A stretch of 64,000 nt of DNA from NCBI GenBank assembly GCA_004524445.1, contig SDNP01000001.1, forward strand, positions 64,001 through 128,000, written 5' to 3'. This stretch comes from Candidatus Thorarchaeota archaeon. GTDB lineage: Archaea; Asgardarchaeota; Thorarchaeia; Thorarchaeales; Thorarchaeaceae. The notes under the pieces were generated by a model. The model did not search any database. It saw only the letters and a program-made list of their open reading frames with translations, and had not been told where the DNA came from. Below are positions 1-10,611 of this stretch, in pieces. Position numbers and translations under genes: made by a program. Within the stretch, counting starts at the first letter, position 1, and each line of letters starts with the position of its first letter.

Positions 1-388
1 AGAGCTCTATTTCAACAATTTTCGACTCTTGTGACTCTATGGGTTGTTGTGTCGTTAATCGAAGGATCGTGTATCTGTCAGCCGGCTGTAATGTTCCTGT
101 CACATTCTCATTCCCTACCTTCGCAGAGTGAAATACAGCATGTCTTAGGTCAAAGCGAAATTCAAGATTCTGGAGGCTCTCTTCCCTCGTATTTGTGAAA
201 TTACCTCTTAGCCGAATTAGGCCATCCTCCTCAGCGGACAAATCCACCTCAATCTCAGCATCATTAACTATATTGAATGGTTCAAGAGATTGTGCAGAAG
301 CACCATGCGAGTACAGGGGAGATGAGAGTGCTAGATGCAGAACTATCACAAAAAAGATCAAGGGTACCTTCTTTGTGGCTTTATCCAT
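1..388 (-). CDS. Secreted/membrane hypothetical protein, partial (runs off window start)
   Basis: Not in ORF track. Minus-strand frame from ATG at 388 is open to base 1: MDKATKKVPLIFFVIVLHLALSSPLYSHGASAQSLEPF..., with a signal-peptide-like N-terminus. Confidence 0.7.
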   Translation of the reverse strand, partial: MDKATKKVPLIFFVIVLHLALSSPLYSHGASAQSLEPFNIVNDAEIEVDLSAEEDGLIRLRGNFTNTREESLQNLEFRFDLRHAVFHSAKVGNENVTGTLQPADRYTILRLTTQQPIESQESKIVEIEL

Positions 389-465
389 GTCATATCACAC
401 TCCATCCATATTCATGTTTTTAGAGAAATAATGCAAGGGAGGATGAGTATTCCCCCCTTCTTACT

Positions 466-1758
466 TTATCGTTTACGTATCGCAACTGCCGCTCCTATTA
501 CTGCAATTACACCAATAATAGAAACCCCCAAAAGAATATTGATAGGCACACCAGTAAAAATATGCGTCGGTCCCGTGATTGGAGATGACTCTTTCAATAA
601 TTTAAGCGATGGATCATGTACCAAAGTTCCATCATCGAAATAGGGGTATGCTAGGAATAACAATAGAGCCTCGCCTGTAGTGAAGTATGACACCTTAACA
701 TCCACTGCATTAGTCGTTGCATTTGGCAATTCAATTATTGCCTTATGCAGCCACGTGTAAAACGCCCTTGTTTGGTTGGTAGAATCTTCGACTAGCGAAA
801 TCGTCTGGACATCGTCAGCCTCCCCATCGCCATCTTCATCCAGATTCTCAAAGATTTCAACAATGTCATCTTCAAACTCCCATTCATCTTCGGACTCAAT
901 CTCATGTTCTCCATCTTCTTCATGCAGTCGGAACTTGTAATCTGCGTCCTCATCCGAAGCAATGTCTTCTTGAAGGAAGTTAAGCAATGTCACCTTCGAT
1001 GTATTTGATGAGAACGGAAAGTTGCCAATCTCAATGTCTATTTTTAATTCAGTGCCTCCAGTAATCGAATAATTGGCCTGTACTCCCTCGTCATCAGTGA
1101 CAGACCCATTGTAGTCATTTAGGTAAATATGAGCATATAGCTGAACCGTCGTTTCTTCATAGATAGTAAGATCCAATTCCTCTTCATCAAAGTCATCCTC
1201 CTCGTCATCAGCATAAGCCAATGGCTCATCATCTTCCTCATCTTCATCATCATCTTCACCTGCCCCTGGCATCCAATCCTCATACCAATCATCTTCCCAA
1301 TCTTCCCCTGTTAGTCCTCCCTTAGTATAAGATGCGTACACCTCTTCGTGGAATCCCTTGTCATTTGTAATTGCTCCAGTTTGGAGTGTCCATTCAAATG
1401 CCTCTAATGGAATATATGAAAGAGTTTCATTCAATTGATAGGCTCCATCCCCATTGTCGTCCTCAAATTCCACCATCATCGGATATGCCACACGAAATCG
1501 CGCTAAGCTCCCATTTTCGTCAGCAGTGTACCAGTATTGATATGCAGGGAGATTCGGATCTAGCATCACAGTCATCCAACCAGTTTGTATCCAAACCGTA
1601 CCAGACTCATCCCTCTCATACTCAGGTTCGTCCTCTTCATCATAGTCATCATCGCTATCTTCGCCCTCCTCTTGCGCATATGCAGTAGTGATCGATGTGA
1701 ATAGAAGAACGAGTACAGCAACCATCATAATCCGTCTAAACACGCTTGGTCTGGTCAT
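466..1758 (-). CDS. Highly acidic secreted, C-terminally membrane-anchored protein
   Basis: 430 aa; signal peptide ending AYA; D/E tracts; C-terminal TM helix followed by RKR. Confidence 0.75.
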   Translation of the reverse strand: MTRPSVFRRIMMVAVLVLLFTSITTAYAQEEGEDSDDDYDEEDEPEYERDESGTVWIQTGWMTVMLDPNLPAYQYWYTADENGSLARFRVAYPMMVEFEDDNGDGAYQLNETLSYIPLEAFEWTLQTGAITNDKGFHEEVYASYTKGGLTGEDWEDDWYEDWMPGAGEDDDEDEEDDEPLAYADDEEDDFDEEELDLTIYEETTVQLYAHIYLNDYNGSVTDDEGVQANYSITGGTELKIDIEIGNFPFSSNTSKVTLLNFLQEDIASDEDADYKFRLHEEDGEHEIESEDEWEFEDDIVEIFENLDEDGDGEADDVQTISLVEDSTNQTRAFYTWLHKAIIELPNATTNAVDVKVSYFTTGEALLLFLAYPYFDDGTLVHDPSLKLLKESSPITGPTHIFTGVPINILLGVSIIGVIAVIGAAVAIRKR

Positions 1759-2377
1759 TGTTCATCGAGGTATCTTCTCTCTGTAGATATATAACAAACA
1801 TGAATCAGTAAACCGAAATGAACATAAAAAAAGGCATCATATCGCTTAAAATCTTCTCTAACGACCTATGGTAGTTCAGGATACTTCAATAATCCCATAG
1901 AGCGAAGAACATTCATTTAAATCTCAAGATATTACAAATATCTGGGCTTAGGTTCTAAATGAAGTTTCAATATCTATATCACAAGAAGAAGCCAAATCAG
2001 GAGGAATGCAGTACTCCGGAGTCTATGATGAAGCAGGTTCTGTATCAAAACGAATCTCAATATCGCTCATGTCATCAATCTGTTTGTTGTTCTCCCTCGA
2101 ACGAATCCGCGTCAAATATGCGCGTGTATATAACCGAGCTGCCTTCATACTATCCCTGTATTATCTGGGCAATATATAACTCCCACAGTTTTTTGCTAAT
2201 CATACAAGAGTGTTTCGCGCCATTCATTGTCGAATAATCGAGTCTCCCTTTTCTTTCGTGACCAGTTGGCTCATCTGTGGAGGCATTATATCATCGACCG
2301 AATCTACGCGCAATGACAAACATTTTATCATACAGGTAGAGCTTGCCTCGCCTAACAGCCATGGAGTGAAATCAGGA

Positions 2378-5300
2378 ATGACAAAGGCTGAACATAAGCC
2401 AGTAGTGATAGTCGGTGCAGGTATCGCAGGAATGCGTTCTGCGCTGGATTTGGCAGATATGGGTGCGAAAGTGTACCTTGTTGAGAAGAAGCCTTCTATT
2501 GGTGGGCATATGTCTCAACTGGACAAAACCTTTCCCACTTTAGATTGCGCCATGTGTATTCAGGGCCCTTGGATGGTTGACTGTTCTCGGCATCCAAATA
2601 TTGAGATTCTAGCATATTCGGAAGTCACCAATGTGACGGGTAAGAAGGGCAATTTCACCGTAGAGGTGCTCAAGCATACACGGCGCGTGGATCCTGAGAA
2701 ATGCACTGGCTGTGGAGATTGCCAGCGAGTGTGCCCAATCGAGGTTCCAAATGAATACGATGAGGGCCTCAAGATGCGAAAGGCTTCATACATTCCGTTT
2801 CCCCAAGCAGTGCCTAACATAGCAACAATTGACATAGAAAATTGTATTCAGTGTATGACTTGTGCGAAGTCGTGCAAGGCCGAGGCCATTAATTTCGCAA
2901 TTGAAGATGAAACTGTTGAGATTAATGCTGGCACAATAATTCTTGCCACTGGATATGAGCTTCTTGATCCTTCCTCAGTTCCGGAATATGGTTTCGGAAG
3001 GATTCCAAACGTTGTGAGTGCTCTTGAGTATGAGCGGATGGTATCTGCAAGTGGTCCTACTGAAGGAGTTGTCATGCGCCCCTCAGATAGCAAAGAGCCT
3101 CACCGCATTGCATTCATTCAATGTGTCGGTTCTCGAGATGTAAATCATTGTGCATATTGTTCGAAGATATGCTGCACCTATGCAACAAAAGAGGCAATCA
3201 TAACCAAAGAACATGCACCGGAAACTCAAATCGATATTTTGTACAATGACATGCGCGCCTTCGGAAAGGGCTTTGAGGAATTCCTCGTTCGGGGCGAAGA
3301 AGAATACGAGGTCAACTACGTGAAAGGTCTGCCCAGTGAGGTTCATGAAGACCCGTCTACAGGTGACCTGTTGGTACGACACAGCAATCAGAGTGGCCAT
3401 GAGGTTCTAGAAGACCGATATGATTTGGTGGTCTTATGTCCTGCAATGGTGCCTTCCCACGACACAGCAATTTATGAACAGCTGGGAATCGATGTGGATG
3501 AATACGGATTCCTGCACAACTCTGGCAACCAGTTAGAGAGTTCCTCTTCTGGAATTCCAGGTGTTCATATATGCGGAGCCTGTGAATCACCAAAAGATAT
3601 CCCTGACTCAGTGGCACAAGGCAGTGCTGCTGCAGCGCTTGCGGCATTGGACATTTCTATTCCATCGCCTGACGAAACCGAGGCAATAACGGAAGATGAC
3701 CTTGTGTTGATGGCATCAGAACCCAGAATTGGAATCTTTGTCTGCTCTTGCGGCGTCAATATTGCTGGGACAGTTGATGTTGAACAGGTCACAGAATATG
3801 CAAGCAAGTTGCCCGATGTTGTACATGCTGAGAATCTCTTATACTCCTGTTCTTCAGACGCTCAGGAGGTCATCAAAGAAGCAATCAAAGAAAATAATCT
3901 GAATAGAGTAATTGTTGCCTCCTGCACACCACGAACCCATGAACCGCTTTTCCGAGCAACCATCGAAGAGGCTGGTCTCAATAAATACCTGTTTGAACTT
4001 GCCAATATTCGTGAACATTGTTCTTGGGTACATCAAAATACTAAGGATGAGGCAACATCGAAGGCGATGGATTTAGTGAGAATGGCAGCCGCACGCTCGA
4101 AACTATTAGAGCCCCAAGAAGAGGCAATCACACAAATAGAGCCAGCAGCATTAGTCATCGGAGCGGGCGTAGCCGGCATGGCAGCAGCAGATGCCATTGC
4201 ATGCAAAGGATATCAAGTGTACCTTGTGGAAAAGGAAGACAAGGTTGGGGGCTTTCTGAACGAACTTCACACTGTGAACTTTGATAATAGACCCACGTCG
4301 GAAATAATATCTGAGTACAGGGAAAAAATCAACGACCATTCAAACATCGATTTGATGTTGAATTCCGAGGTGGTGGATGCTAAGGGTTCTATAGGTGATT
4401 TCGACGTCACAATTCGTCAGGATGAAGAAGAACAGGAATTGAAAGTTGGTGTTGTCATTGTTGCAACGGGTGCGGTCGCGCTTGAAGAGGAAGGTCTCTA
4501 TGGTTACAAGCAGCTTCCCGAAGTAATGACTATGCCAGAGTTCAATAGACGCATCGTAGAGAAAGATGGCTTACAAGATGGGGAGACATTCGCAGTCATA
4601 CATTGTGCAGGTTCTAGAGAAGACCAGAGCTTGGAGGGTTCACGAACTTGGTGCTCAAGTATTTGCTGCACAGTTGCACTGGAACATTCCCTCGAATTAC
4701 TTGAGGCATATCCAAACTCCCGTGTATTCCATCTTTATCGCGATATTAGGGTATTCTACTCAGCTGAAGACAAGTACCGAGAAGCTAGAAAGAAGGGAGT
4801 AGTCTTTGTGCGATTTGATCAAGACAGCCCCCCTGAAGTAAAGGATGGAAAGAACAAGGAATTGCAGGTATCTGTGAAGGATCAAATCCTCGGTGCTGTT
4901 CTAAATCTCAATGTCGACCATGTTGTCTTAGCGACGGCTACTGTCCCACGAGAAGGCAACAAAGGGCTCTCGGAGGCATTCAAGATTCCAATGAATCTGT
5001 CTGGATTCTTTATGGAGGCGCACCCGAAGCTTAGACCTATAGACTTCCAAACGGATGGTGTCTATGTTGCAGGTTCTGCTACAGCACCAAAGGGAATAGC
5101 AGAATCAGTAGCTCAAGGTCGTGGTGCTGCAGCCAGAGCACTTACTCCTCTCATTCGGGGAATACGGAAGGCAGAAGCCATAGTGTCAGTAGTTGACCCT
5201 GAGGTTTGTGTGGGTTGTGGAACCTGTGAAATCAATTGTTCATATAATGCCATCGAGGTAATACCTGGTGATGGTGGTCATGATTATGCAGAGAGTAATC

Positions 5301-5836
5301 CCGTTCTCTGTCAGGGCTGCGGGAAATGTGCTGCAGGATGTCCTGCGGGCGCAATAACCATGAAACACTTCACGGACGATCAAATACTTGCCCAAATTCG
5401 TACCGCCTTGAAAGATGTTCCACCGACCGAACCCAGGATTCTCACTGTCATGTGTAACTGGTGTACCTATGCAGGTGCTGACCAAGCGGGTGTTTCAAGA
5501 CTACAACAACCAACCACTGTTCGCGATATTCGTGTCATGTGTACTGGTCGTGTGAGCGTCCCTCATATCTTGGAGGCATTTCGGCAGGGAGCCGATATGG
5601 TCTGGATTTCGGGTTGCCATATTGGTGATTGTCACTACGTGGACGGTAACATAGCATTTGAACGAAGATATGCAATCGCCAAGAAAATTATTGAGAAAGC
5701 TGGACTCGAACCCGAGCGACTCCAATTCACACATATCAGCGCTAGCGAGGGTGCCGTATGGGCTGAGAAGGTAAAGGAGTTCACTGAATTAGTTGAAAAG
5801 CTAGGACCAAGTCCGCTAAGACAAGGGGGGCGATAG
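2378..5836 (+). CDS. hdrA: Tandem HdrA-like flavoprotein fused to a C-terminal MvhD domain
   Basis: Two GAGxAG FAD motifs, DKTFPTLDCAMC, ferredoxin CxxCxxCxxxCP, CVGSR..CSKICC; MvhD motifs CNWCTYAGAD, RVMCTGRV, GCHIGDCHY. Start ATG 2378 preferred over ORF-track 2210. Confidence 0.92.
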   Translation: MTKAEHKPVVIVGAGIAGMRSALDLADMGAKVYLVEKKPSIGGHMSQLDKTFPTLDCAMCIQGPWMVDCSRHPNIEILAYSEVTNVTGKKGNFTVEVLKHTRRVDPEKCTGCGDCQRVCPIEVPNEYDEGLKMRKASYIPFPQAVPNIATIDIENCIQCMTCAKSCKAEAINFAIEDETVEINAGTIILATGYELLDPSSVPEYGFGRIPNVVSALEYERMVSASGPTEGVVMRPSDSKEPHRIAFIQCVGSRDVNHCAYCSKICCTYATKEAIITKEHAPETQIDILYNDMRAFGKGFEEFLVRGEEEYEVNYVKGLPSEVHEDPSTGDLLVRHSNQSGHEVLEDRYDLVVLCPAMVPSHDTAIYEQLGIDVDEYGFLHNSGNQLESSSSGIPGVHICGACESPKDIPDSVAQGSAAAALAALDISIPSPDETEAITEDDLVLMASEPRIGIFVCSCGVNIAGTVDVEQVTEYASKLPDVVHAENLLYSCSSDAQEVIKEAIKENNLNRVIVASCTPRTHEPLFRATIEEAGLNKYLFELANIREHCSWVHQNTKDEATSKAMDLVRMAAARSKLLEPQEEAITQIEPAALVIGAGVAGMAAADAIACKGYQVYLVEKEDKVGGFLNELHTVNFDNRPTSEIISEYREKINDHSNIDLMLNSEVVDAKGSIGDFDVTIRQDEEEQELKVGVVIVATGAVALEEEGLYGYKQLPEVMTMPEFNRRIVEKDGLQDGETFAVIHCAGSREDQSLEGSRTWCSSICCTVALEHSLELLEAYPNSRVFHLYRDIRVFYSAEDKYREARKKGVVFVRFDQDSPPEVKDGKNKELQVSVKDQILGAVLNLNVDHVVLATATVPREGNKGLSEAFKIPMNLSGFFMEAHPKLRPIDFQTDGVYVAGSATAPKGIAESVAQGRGAAARALTPLIRGIRKAEAIVSVVDPEVCVGCGTCEINCSYNAIEVIPGDGGHDYAESNPVLCQGCGKCAAGCPAGAITMKHFTDDQILAQIRTALKDVPPTEPRILTVMCNWCTYAGADQAGVSRLQQPTTVRDIRVMCTGRVSVPHILEAFRQGADMVWISGCHIGDCHYVDGNIAFERRYAIAKKIIEKAGLEPERLQFTHISASEGAVWAEKVKEFTELVEKLGPSPLRQGGR

Positions 5837-5839
5837 CAA

Positions 5840-6358
5840 ATGGCTGACAGTTGGGGCTCACTGGATAGTTTTGAAGGGAAAGAATTCAACACATTGGATC
5901 CTGAATTCACGAAAAAGGTGACCAAACTTATTGGTGGTCAGGATCTCACGACCTGTTTTCAGTGTTCGAAATGCAGTGCAGGATGTCCCGTAAGTGACAA
6001 AGTCAATATCCAGATCCATGAAGTCATGCGGATGCTCCTGTTCGGATTGAAAGAGGTTCTTGATTCCGATATGGTTTGGCTGTGTACAACTTGTTACCAG
6101 TGTCAAGAGCGGTGCCCACAAGGCATCGATATAACAGATATTCTCTTTGGATTGAAGAATATGGCATTCAGAAAAGGTATTCGGCCGCAGGGGTATGCCT
6201 CGGCAAGACAGAATCTCTATGATAATGGCAAACTCTATGCACCCACCGACTGGGAACGAGAGGATCTCGAACTAGATCCTGTACCCGAATTTGATATCAA
6301 TGATACCAAGAAGTTGTTCGATAAGAATAAGCTTCTCTCACTTGAGGAGGAAGAGTAA
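5840..6358 (+). CDS. hdrC: Heterodisulfide reductase subunit C
   Basis: CFQCSKCSAGCP and WLCTTCYQCQERCPQ; lies between hdrA and hdrB. Confidence 0.92.
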   Translation: MADSWGSLDSFEGKEFNTLDPEFTKKVTKLIGGQDLTTCFQCSKCSAGCPVSDKVNIQIHEVMRMLLFGLKEVLDSDMVWLCTTCYQCQERCPQGIDITDILFGLKNMAFRKGIRPQGYASARQNLYDNGKLYAPTDWEREDLELDPVPEFDINDTKKLFDKNKLLSLEEEE

Positions 6359-7234
6359 TTGACCCAGCAATACGAAGTGTTTCTAGGTTGTGCAATCCCG
6401 AATCGTTTCAATAATTATGAGAGTTCAATGCGTTTAGTTGCCAAAGAGCTGGATATAGAGCTCCTAGACTTTGATGGCGCATCATGTTGCGGCACTGTTG
6501 TGCTCAAATCTATAGATGAGAACAATTGGCTTGGCCTATCAGGGAGAAACATAGCTCTCGCAGAGAATCGTAATCATGACATCGTAACGCCGTGCAACGG
6601 ATGCTACGGATCTCTAAGAGATGTGGATCATCTGCTTCATGAAGATGAATCCTATAGGGAATTCCTCAATGAAACTTTGTCTGAGGTTGGATTGGAATAT
6701 AAGGGGAGTTCTAAGATTCTCCATTTTGTGGAAGTTCTTTATGAACTGAAAGACACGATTAGAGAAAAAATTGTACACCGCCTCGATGGTCTTAGAGTGG
6801 CATTTCATCCTGGGTGTCATCTTATACGACCATCTACCGTAGCGGGTTTTGATGACCCAGAACTTCCTAGAAAGGTGGACGAGCTAATTGAGCTCACAGG
6901 AGCAAAGAGCGTTCCTTGGAACCTCAAGCTTCGATGTTGTGGGTCGCCATTACTGATTGCAAGTGAACAAGTTGCAACAGATATATTGAGAGAAAAGATG
7001 CAGTCTGCGATAGAAGCAGGAGCCAACTGTGTTGTAACAAATTGTCCCGCCTGCCATACACAATTTGATGTGCAGGTTCTGGGCCTTAAGAATGATGAAG
7101 GTGAGTCCTTAGAGCTTCCAGCATTGTTTGTAACGCAAGTACTTGGTGCCGCAATGGGTCTGGATTCAGAACTGCTTGGATTTGATCTGAATAGAGTACC
7201 CCTTGACGACATCAGTAATATTCTAGGAATATGA
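6359..7234 (+). CDS. hdrB: Heterodisulfide reductase subunit B
   Basis: Two CCG domains (FLGC..SCCG..PCNGC; HPGCH..CCG..CPACH); TTG start. Confidence 0.92.
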   Translation: MTQQYEVFLGCAIPNRFNNYESSMRLVAKELDIELLDFDGASCCGTVVLKSIDENNWLGLSGRNIALAENRNHDIVTPCNGCYGSLRDVDHLLHEDESYREFLNETLSEVGLEYKGSSKILHFVEVLYELKDTIREKIVHRLDGLRVAFHPGCHLIRPSTVAGFDDPELPRKVDELIELTGAKSVPWNLKLRCCGSPLLIASEQVATDILREKMQSAIEAGANCVVTNCPACHTQFDVQVLGLKNDEGESLELPALFVTQVLGAAMGLDSELLGFDLNRVPLDDISNILGI

Positions 7235-7268
7235 TTGTAGTAACTCGGCTTCATAGGGGGCATGAATA

Positions 7269-9047
7269 TTGACCAGACCGACTGGCAACGAATATGAAGA
7301 AGAATGGTGCCAGTTTTTCTTTCAGGATGCGCCCGTCGGATTAGCAAGAAGCCGCTTAAACACTGGCGAAATCTTAGACTGCAATCAGCGCCTCGTTGAC
7401 ATATTTGGGTATTCGAATAAGGATGAATTCATGCAATCCGTGAAGGTCTCTGAATTTTATGTCAGTCTTGAAGAGCGGGCTCGGATTCTAGATGAACTTC
7501 GACAAAAGCAAAGAATATCCGGCATCGATTTGAAGCTCAAGAGAAAGAACGGACAAGAGTTCTGGGGACGATTTGCTGCCAAACTCATTCCAAATGAGAA
7601 TCAGCTGCAAATAGCAATCATTGATGTAACGAAAGAACGGGAAATATTCGAAAAGTTAACAGAGAGCGAACAGAAGTATAGGGCTCTCTTCGAATCTTTA
7701 GGTGATGCTGTCTTCATTCATGACCTAGAAGGTCATTTTCTTGAAGTCAATGATGTGGCTTGCGAAAGACTTGGCTATTCGAAGGAGGAGCTCTTGAATC
7801 TATCACCTATGGATATTGACGCAGAAGAATTTGCTCCGAAAGTACCGGGGCGAATCAGAGAACTAGAAGAGAAGGGGCATGTCTTCTATGAAACAGTGCA
7901 TATCGCAAAGGATGGAACGAGGTTTCCCACTGAATTGAGTAGCAGAGCAGTGAACCTGGGCGGAGAAACAGTAATTGTAACGGTTGCGCGTGATATCTCT
8001 CAGAGACTTGAAACCCAAAGGCAGCTCCAAGAACAGAAGAACTTCCTAGAAAAGGTAATCAACTCCCTGAATCATCCCTTTTTCGTTATAGATGTTGATA
8101 CACACGAAATACAACTGACAAATGAGGCAACTAGACGTCAATATGGAGATGTAGGTAACACTTGCTACGAAATCGCACACGGAAGAATTGACCCCTGCGC
8201 CGCTAATGATCATATCTGTCCCCTGAATGAGATGAGAAACAGTAGAGAACATGTAGCTGTAGAACATACTCACATCACAAAAAGTGGGGACGAGCGGATT
8301 TTCGAGGTTCATGCTCATCCTATCTTCAATGATTCAGGATATCTCACTCAGATGATAGAGTACTCTTTGGATATCACTGACCGCAAGAGAGCTGAAACTG
8401 AGCGAGTCCGACAGCAACGTGAACTAGAGCTATACGCATCTCTATTGAAGCATGATTTATCGAATGACCTTCAAATCATAATCGGGGCAATTGATATCGC
8501 CAGTGGCTCTATTGATGAAGAAGACAAGGAATTGCAGGAATTACTTGAAACAGGGGTTGCAGCTGCAAAGAGAATGTCCTATCTTCTCTCCGTACTAGGT
8601 AGCCCTGAGGAAGATGCAGACCATAATCTGATTCATATTTTGAATAGGGAATTGGAGGAGGCTGCTGAAGTTCATAGCAATTTCAGTTTTGAATTGAACC
8701 CTCCTGATGACAAGAAGGAAGTCAGAATAAGAAGATCGAAGTTACTACCGATGGTCTTTGAGAATATCTTTAGAAATGCGGCTCAACATGCGGGAAAGAA
8801 GCCTCATGTCCAGGTCGATGTCACTCTACAAGAAGAGTTAGTACATGTTGACATTATTGATAATGGGCCTGGAATCCCAAAGAAATTGAGAAACGAGATA
8901 TTTCAGAGAAAATCATCAGAAAAGACCGGATTTGGCCTCTATTTAGCAAAGGAGATTCTGCGTATGTTAGAAGGTGACATCACACTACTAGACTCTCAAG
9001 AAGATGCTGGGGCCGCCTTCCGAGTTTCCCTTGTCCTTGAAAAGTAG
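7269..9047 (+). CDS. Multi-PAS sensor histidine kinase
   Basis: Three PAS-like repeats; H-box KHDLSNDL; N-box ENIFRNA; G boxes DNGPGI and GFGLYL. Confidence 0.88.
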   Translation: MTRPTGNEYEEEWCQFFFQDAPVGLARSRLNTGEILDCNQRLVDIFGYSNKDEFMQSVKVSEFYVSLEERARILDELRQKQRISGIDLKLKRKNGQEFWGRFAAKLIPNENQLQIAIIDVTKEREIFEKLTESEQKYRALFESLGDAVFIHDLEGHFLEVNDVACERLGYSKEELLNLSPMDIDAEEFAPKVPGRIRELEEKGHVFYETVHIAKDGTRFPTELSSRAVNLGGETVIVTVARDISQRLETQRQLQEQKNFLEKVINSLNHPFFVIDVDTHEIQLTNEATRRQYGDVGNTCYEIAHGRIDPCAANDHICPLNEMRNSREHVAVEHTHITKSGDERIFEVHAHPIFNDSGYLTQMIEYSLDITDRKRAETERVRQQRELELYASLLKHDLSNDLQIIIGAIDIASGSIDEEDKELQELLETGVAAAKRMSYLLSVLGSPEEDADHNLIHILNRELEEAAEVHSNFSFELNPPDDKKEVRIRRSKLLPMVFENIFRNAAQHAGKKPHVQVDVTLQEELVHVDIIDNGPGIPKKLRNEIFQRKSSEKTGFGLYLAKEILRMLEGDITLLDSQEDAGAAFRVSLVLEK

Positions 9048-9064
9048 CTCCAAAAACCTGCGAA

Positions 9065-9952
9065 TCAAATATCAGGTAGGGGTTCTCTCTTTGAAATCCA
9101 CTTATTTGGAATTCCATCTCCTCCGACATGACATGCTACTATTCCACCGACCATTGCGCATGTTGTGTCCATGTCCCCGCCGCCGCTGACTGTCTGCCAA
9201 AGTGCCTCTTCGAAGTCATTCAAGTATCTACTTGCACACCAAATCACGTAAGGTACGGTATCCTGAACCGTGATTCTATGGCCAGCTCCAAGTAATTTTG
9301 CCACTGCCTTGGTTTCCATATTATTGCACTCAAGAGCTTGCCTTAATCCATTCTTCACATCGCCTTCAGGAACATGAGTCACAAGTTCCTCGATGAACTC
9401 ATTAGGCTTAAGTGGTGTTTGTCTTGTTTGATATGCAATTGCGGCCCCAACGGCCACAGCGATCGCGCCTGCAGTGGCCTCTGGATGCTGATGTGTGACT
9501 TGTGCTGAAAGCGTCGCATTCTCGACGACTAAATCGAGGTCTTTGGCGAAGTAGGCTCCCACTGGAGCTACGCGCATTGCAGCTCCGTTACCGAATGAAC
9601 CCTCTCCACCAAAGAGTGAACCAAAAAGCACCCTCCAATCTTCACCTCTTTTAATTCTAGGTAATGTTGAATACATGGATGGACCGTAGCCTCTTGCTGG
9701 ATCGAAGGACTGTGCAAACCTCATTGCCAATTCATCTTGAATAACCCTGTCATATTCCAGAAGTATCTCTGCAATTGAGATGGCCGTGATTGTATCATCT
9801 GTATACCGCCAAATTCCCGGTGGAAGTTCTCTCTTTGCTTCCCATCCTCCAATTATCTTTCTAGCATCAAAGAAATTCTGACCGAATGCATCTCCAACAG
9901 AGAGTCCCTCAAGTGCCTCCATGAGCCTCTCTTTTTTCCTATCCATAGTCAT
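9065..9952 (-). CDS. ADP-ribosylglycohydrolase (DraG/ARH family)
   Basis: GDAFG, YTDDT, GNGAAMRVAP, GGDMDT motifs. Confidence 0.9.
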   Translation of the reverse strand: MTMDRKKERLMEALEGLSVGDAFGQNFFDARKIIGGWEAKRELPPGIWRYTDDTITAISIAEILLEYDRVIQDELAMRFAQSFDPARGYGPSMYSTLPRIKRGEDWRVLFGSLFGGEGSFGNGAAMRVAPVGAYFAKDLDLVVENATLSAQVTHQHPEATAGAIAVAVGAAIAYQTRQTPLKPNEFIEELVTHVPEGDVKNGLRQALECNNMETKAVAKLLGAGHRITVQDTVPYVIWCASRYLNDFEEALWQTVSGGGDMDTTCAMVGGIVACHVGGDGIPNKWISKREPLPDI

Positions 9953-10037
9953 AGTGTACGCAGTCCTATTCTCACTCTAGTATTCTGGAATCTAATTGAG
10001 TTTTCTGTGGTTGAGTGCAAGAACTCTGAAAAATATC

Positions 10038-10604
10038 TTACCCCAACCTATTCTCTCCGTAGAATAGCTCACCAAGGGTTTTCATAGCTTTTCTGACACA
10101 TTCCTTCTCACCGCTGACTTGTAGATGTCGTTTTCCATCCAACTGAATTAGGACTCCACAATCTTCTGCAACAGCACCGACTGTTTCCACTGGGATGTCT
10201 TCTGGGAGCTTGATTCGAAAGAAACTAACATCCTTTTCACGAGGAAGGTCTGAGATGGAGGTCATTGGTTCAACCGTTGGCGGGTCAATTAACTCATGAA
10301 GGGCATCTTCGAATTTTCCCTCCCACTTTTTTCGATATTCCACTCCTTTGGCATTCTCTGCCCAAGCTAGGAGTGTTTCTCGTAAGCTTAGGATTTTATT
10401 CTCCATGTCTTGTCGTAGCTGTAAGTCCGCATTCTCCTGCCTTCTGATATCCTCATTGAATGAGCGGAGATATTCCAAGACCATCTTGGAGTTTCTGAAG
10501 TCTGCATGAGTTATACTGGGTATATCAACACCCTCTCTGCGGAGTTCTCCCATCAAATCATTAAGAACCATCCAACTAGCATATAACCCATCAAGAGTGA
10601 CCAA
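10038..10604 (-). CDS. DUF2096-like conserved archaeal protein
   Basis: WMVLNDLMGELRREG N-terminus; starts 7 nt after the end of the second hdrA. Confidence 0.6.
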   Translation of the reverse strand: MVTLDGLYASWMVLNDLMGELRREGVDIPSITHADFRNSKMVLEYLRSFNEDIRRQENADLQLRQDMENKILSLRETLLAWAENAKGVEYRKKWEGKFEDALHELIDPPTVEPMTSISDLPREKDVSFFRIKLPEDIPVETVGAVAEDCGVLIQLDGKRHLQVSGEKECVRKAMKTLGELFYGENRLG

Positions 10605-10611
10605 TACTATC

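Noticed and set aside
1959-2377. ORF 1959-2237 and the N-terminal extension of hdrA from 2210
   Set aside because: No recognisable motifs; HdrA homology begins at ATG 2378.
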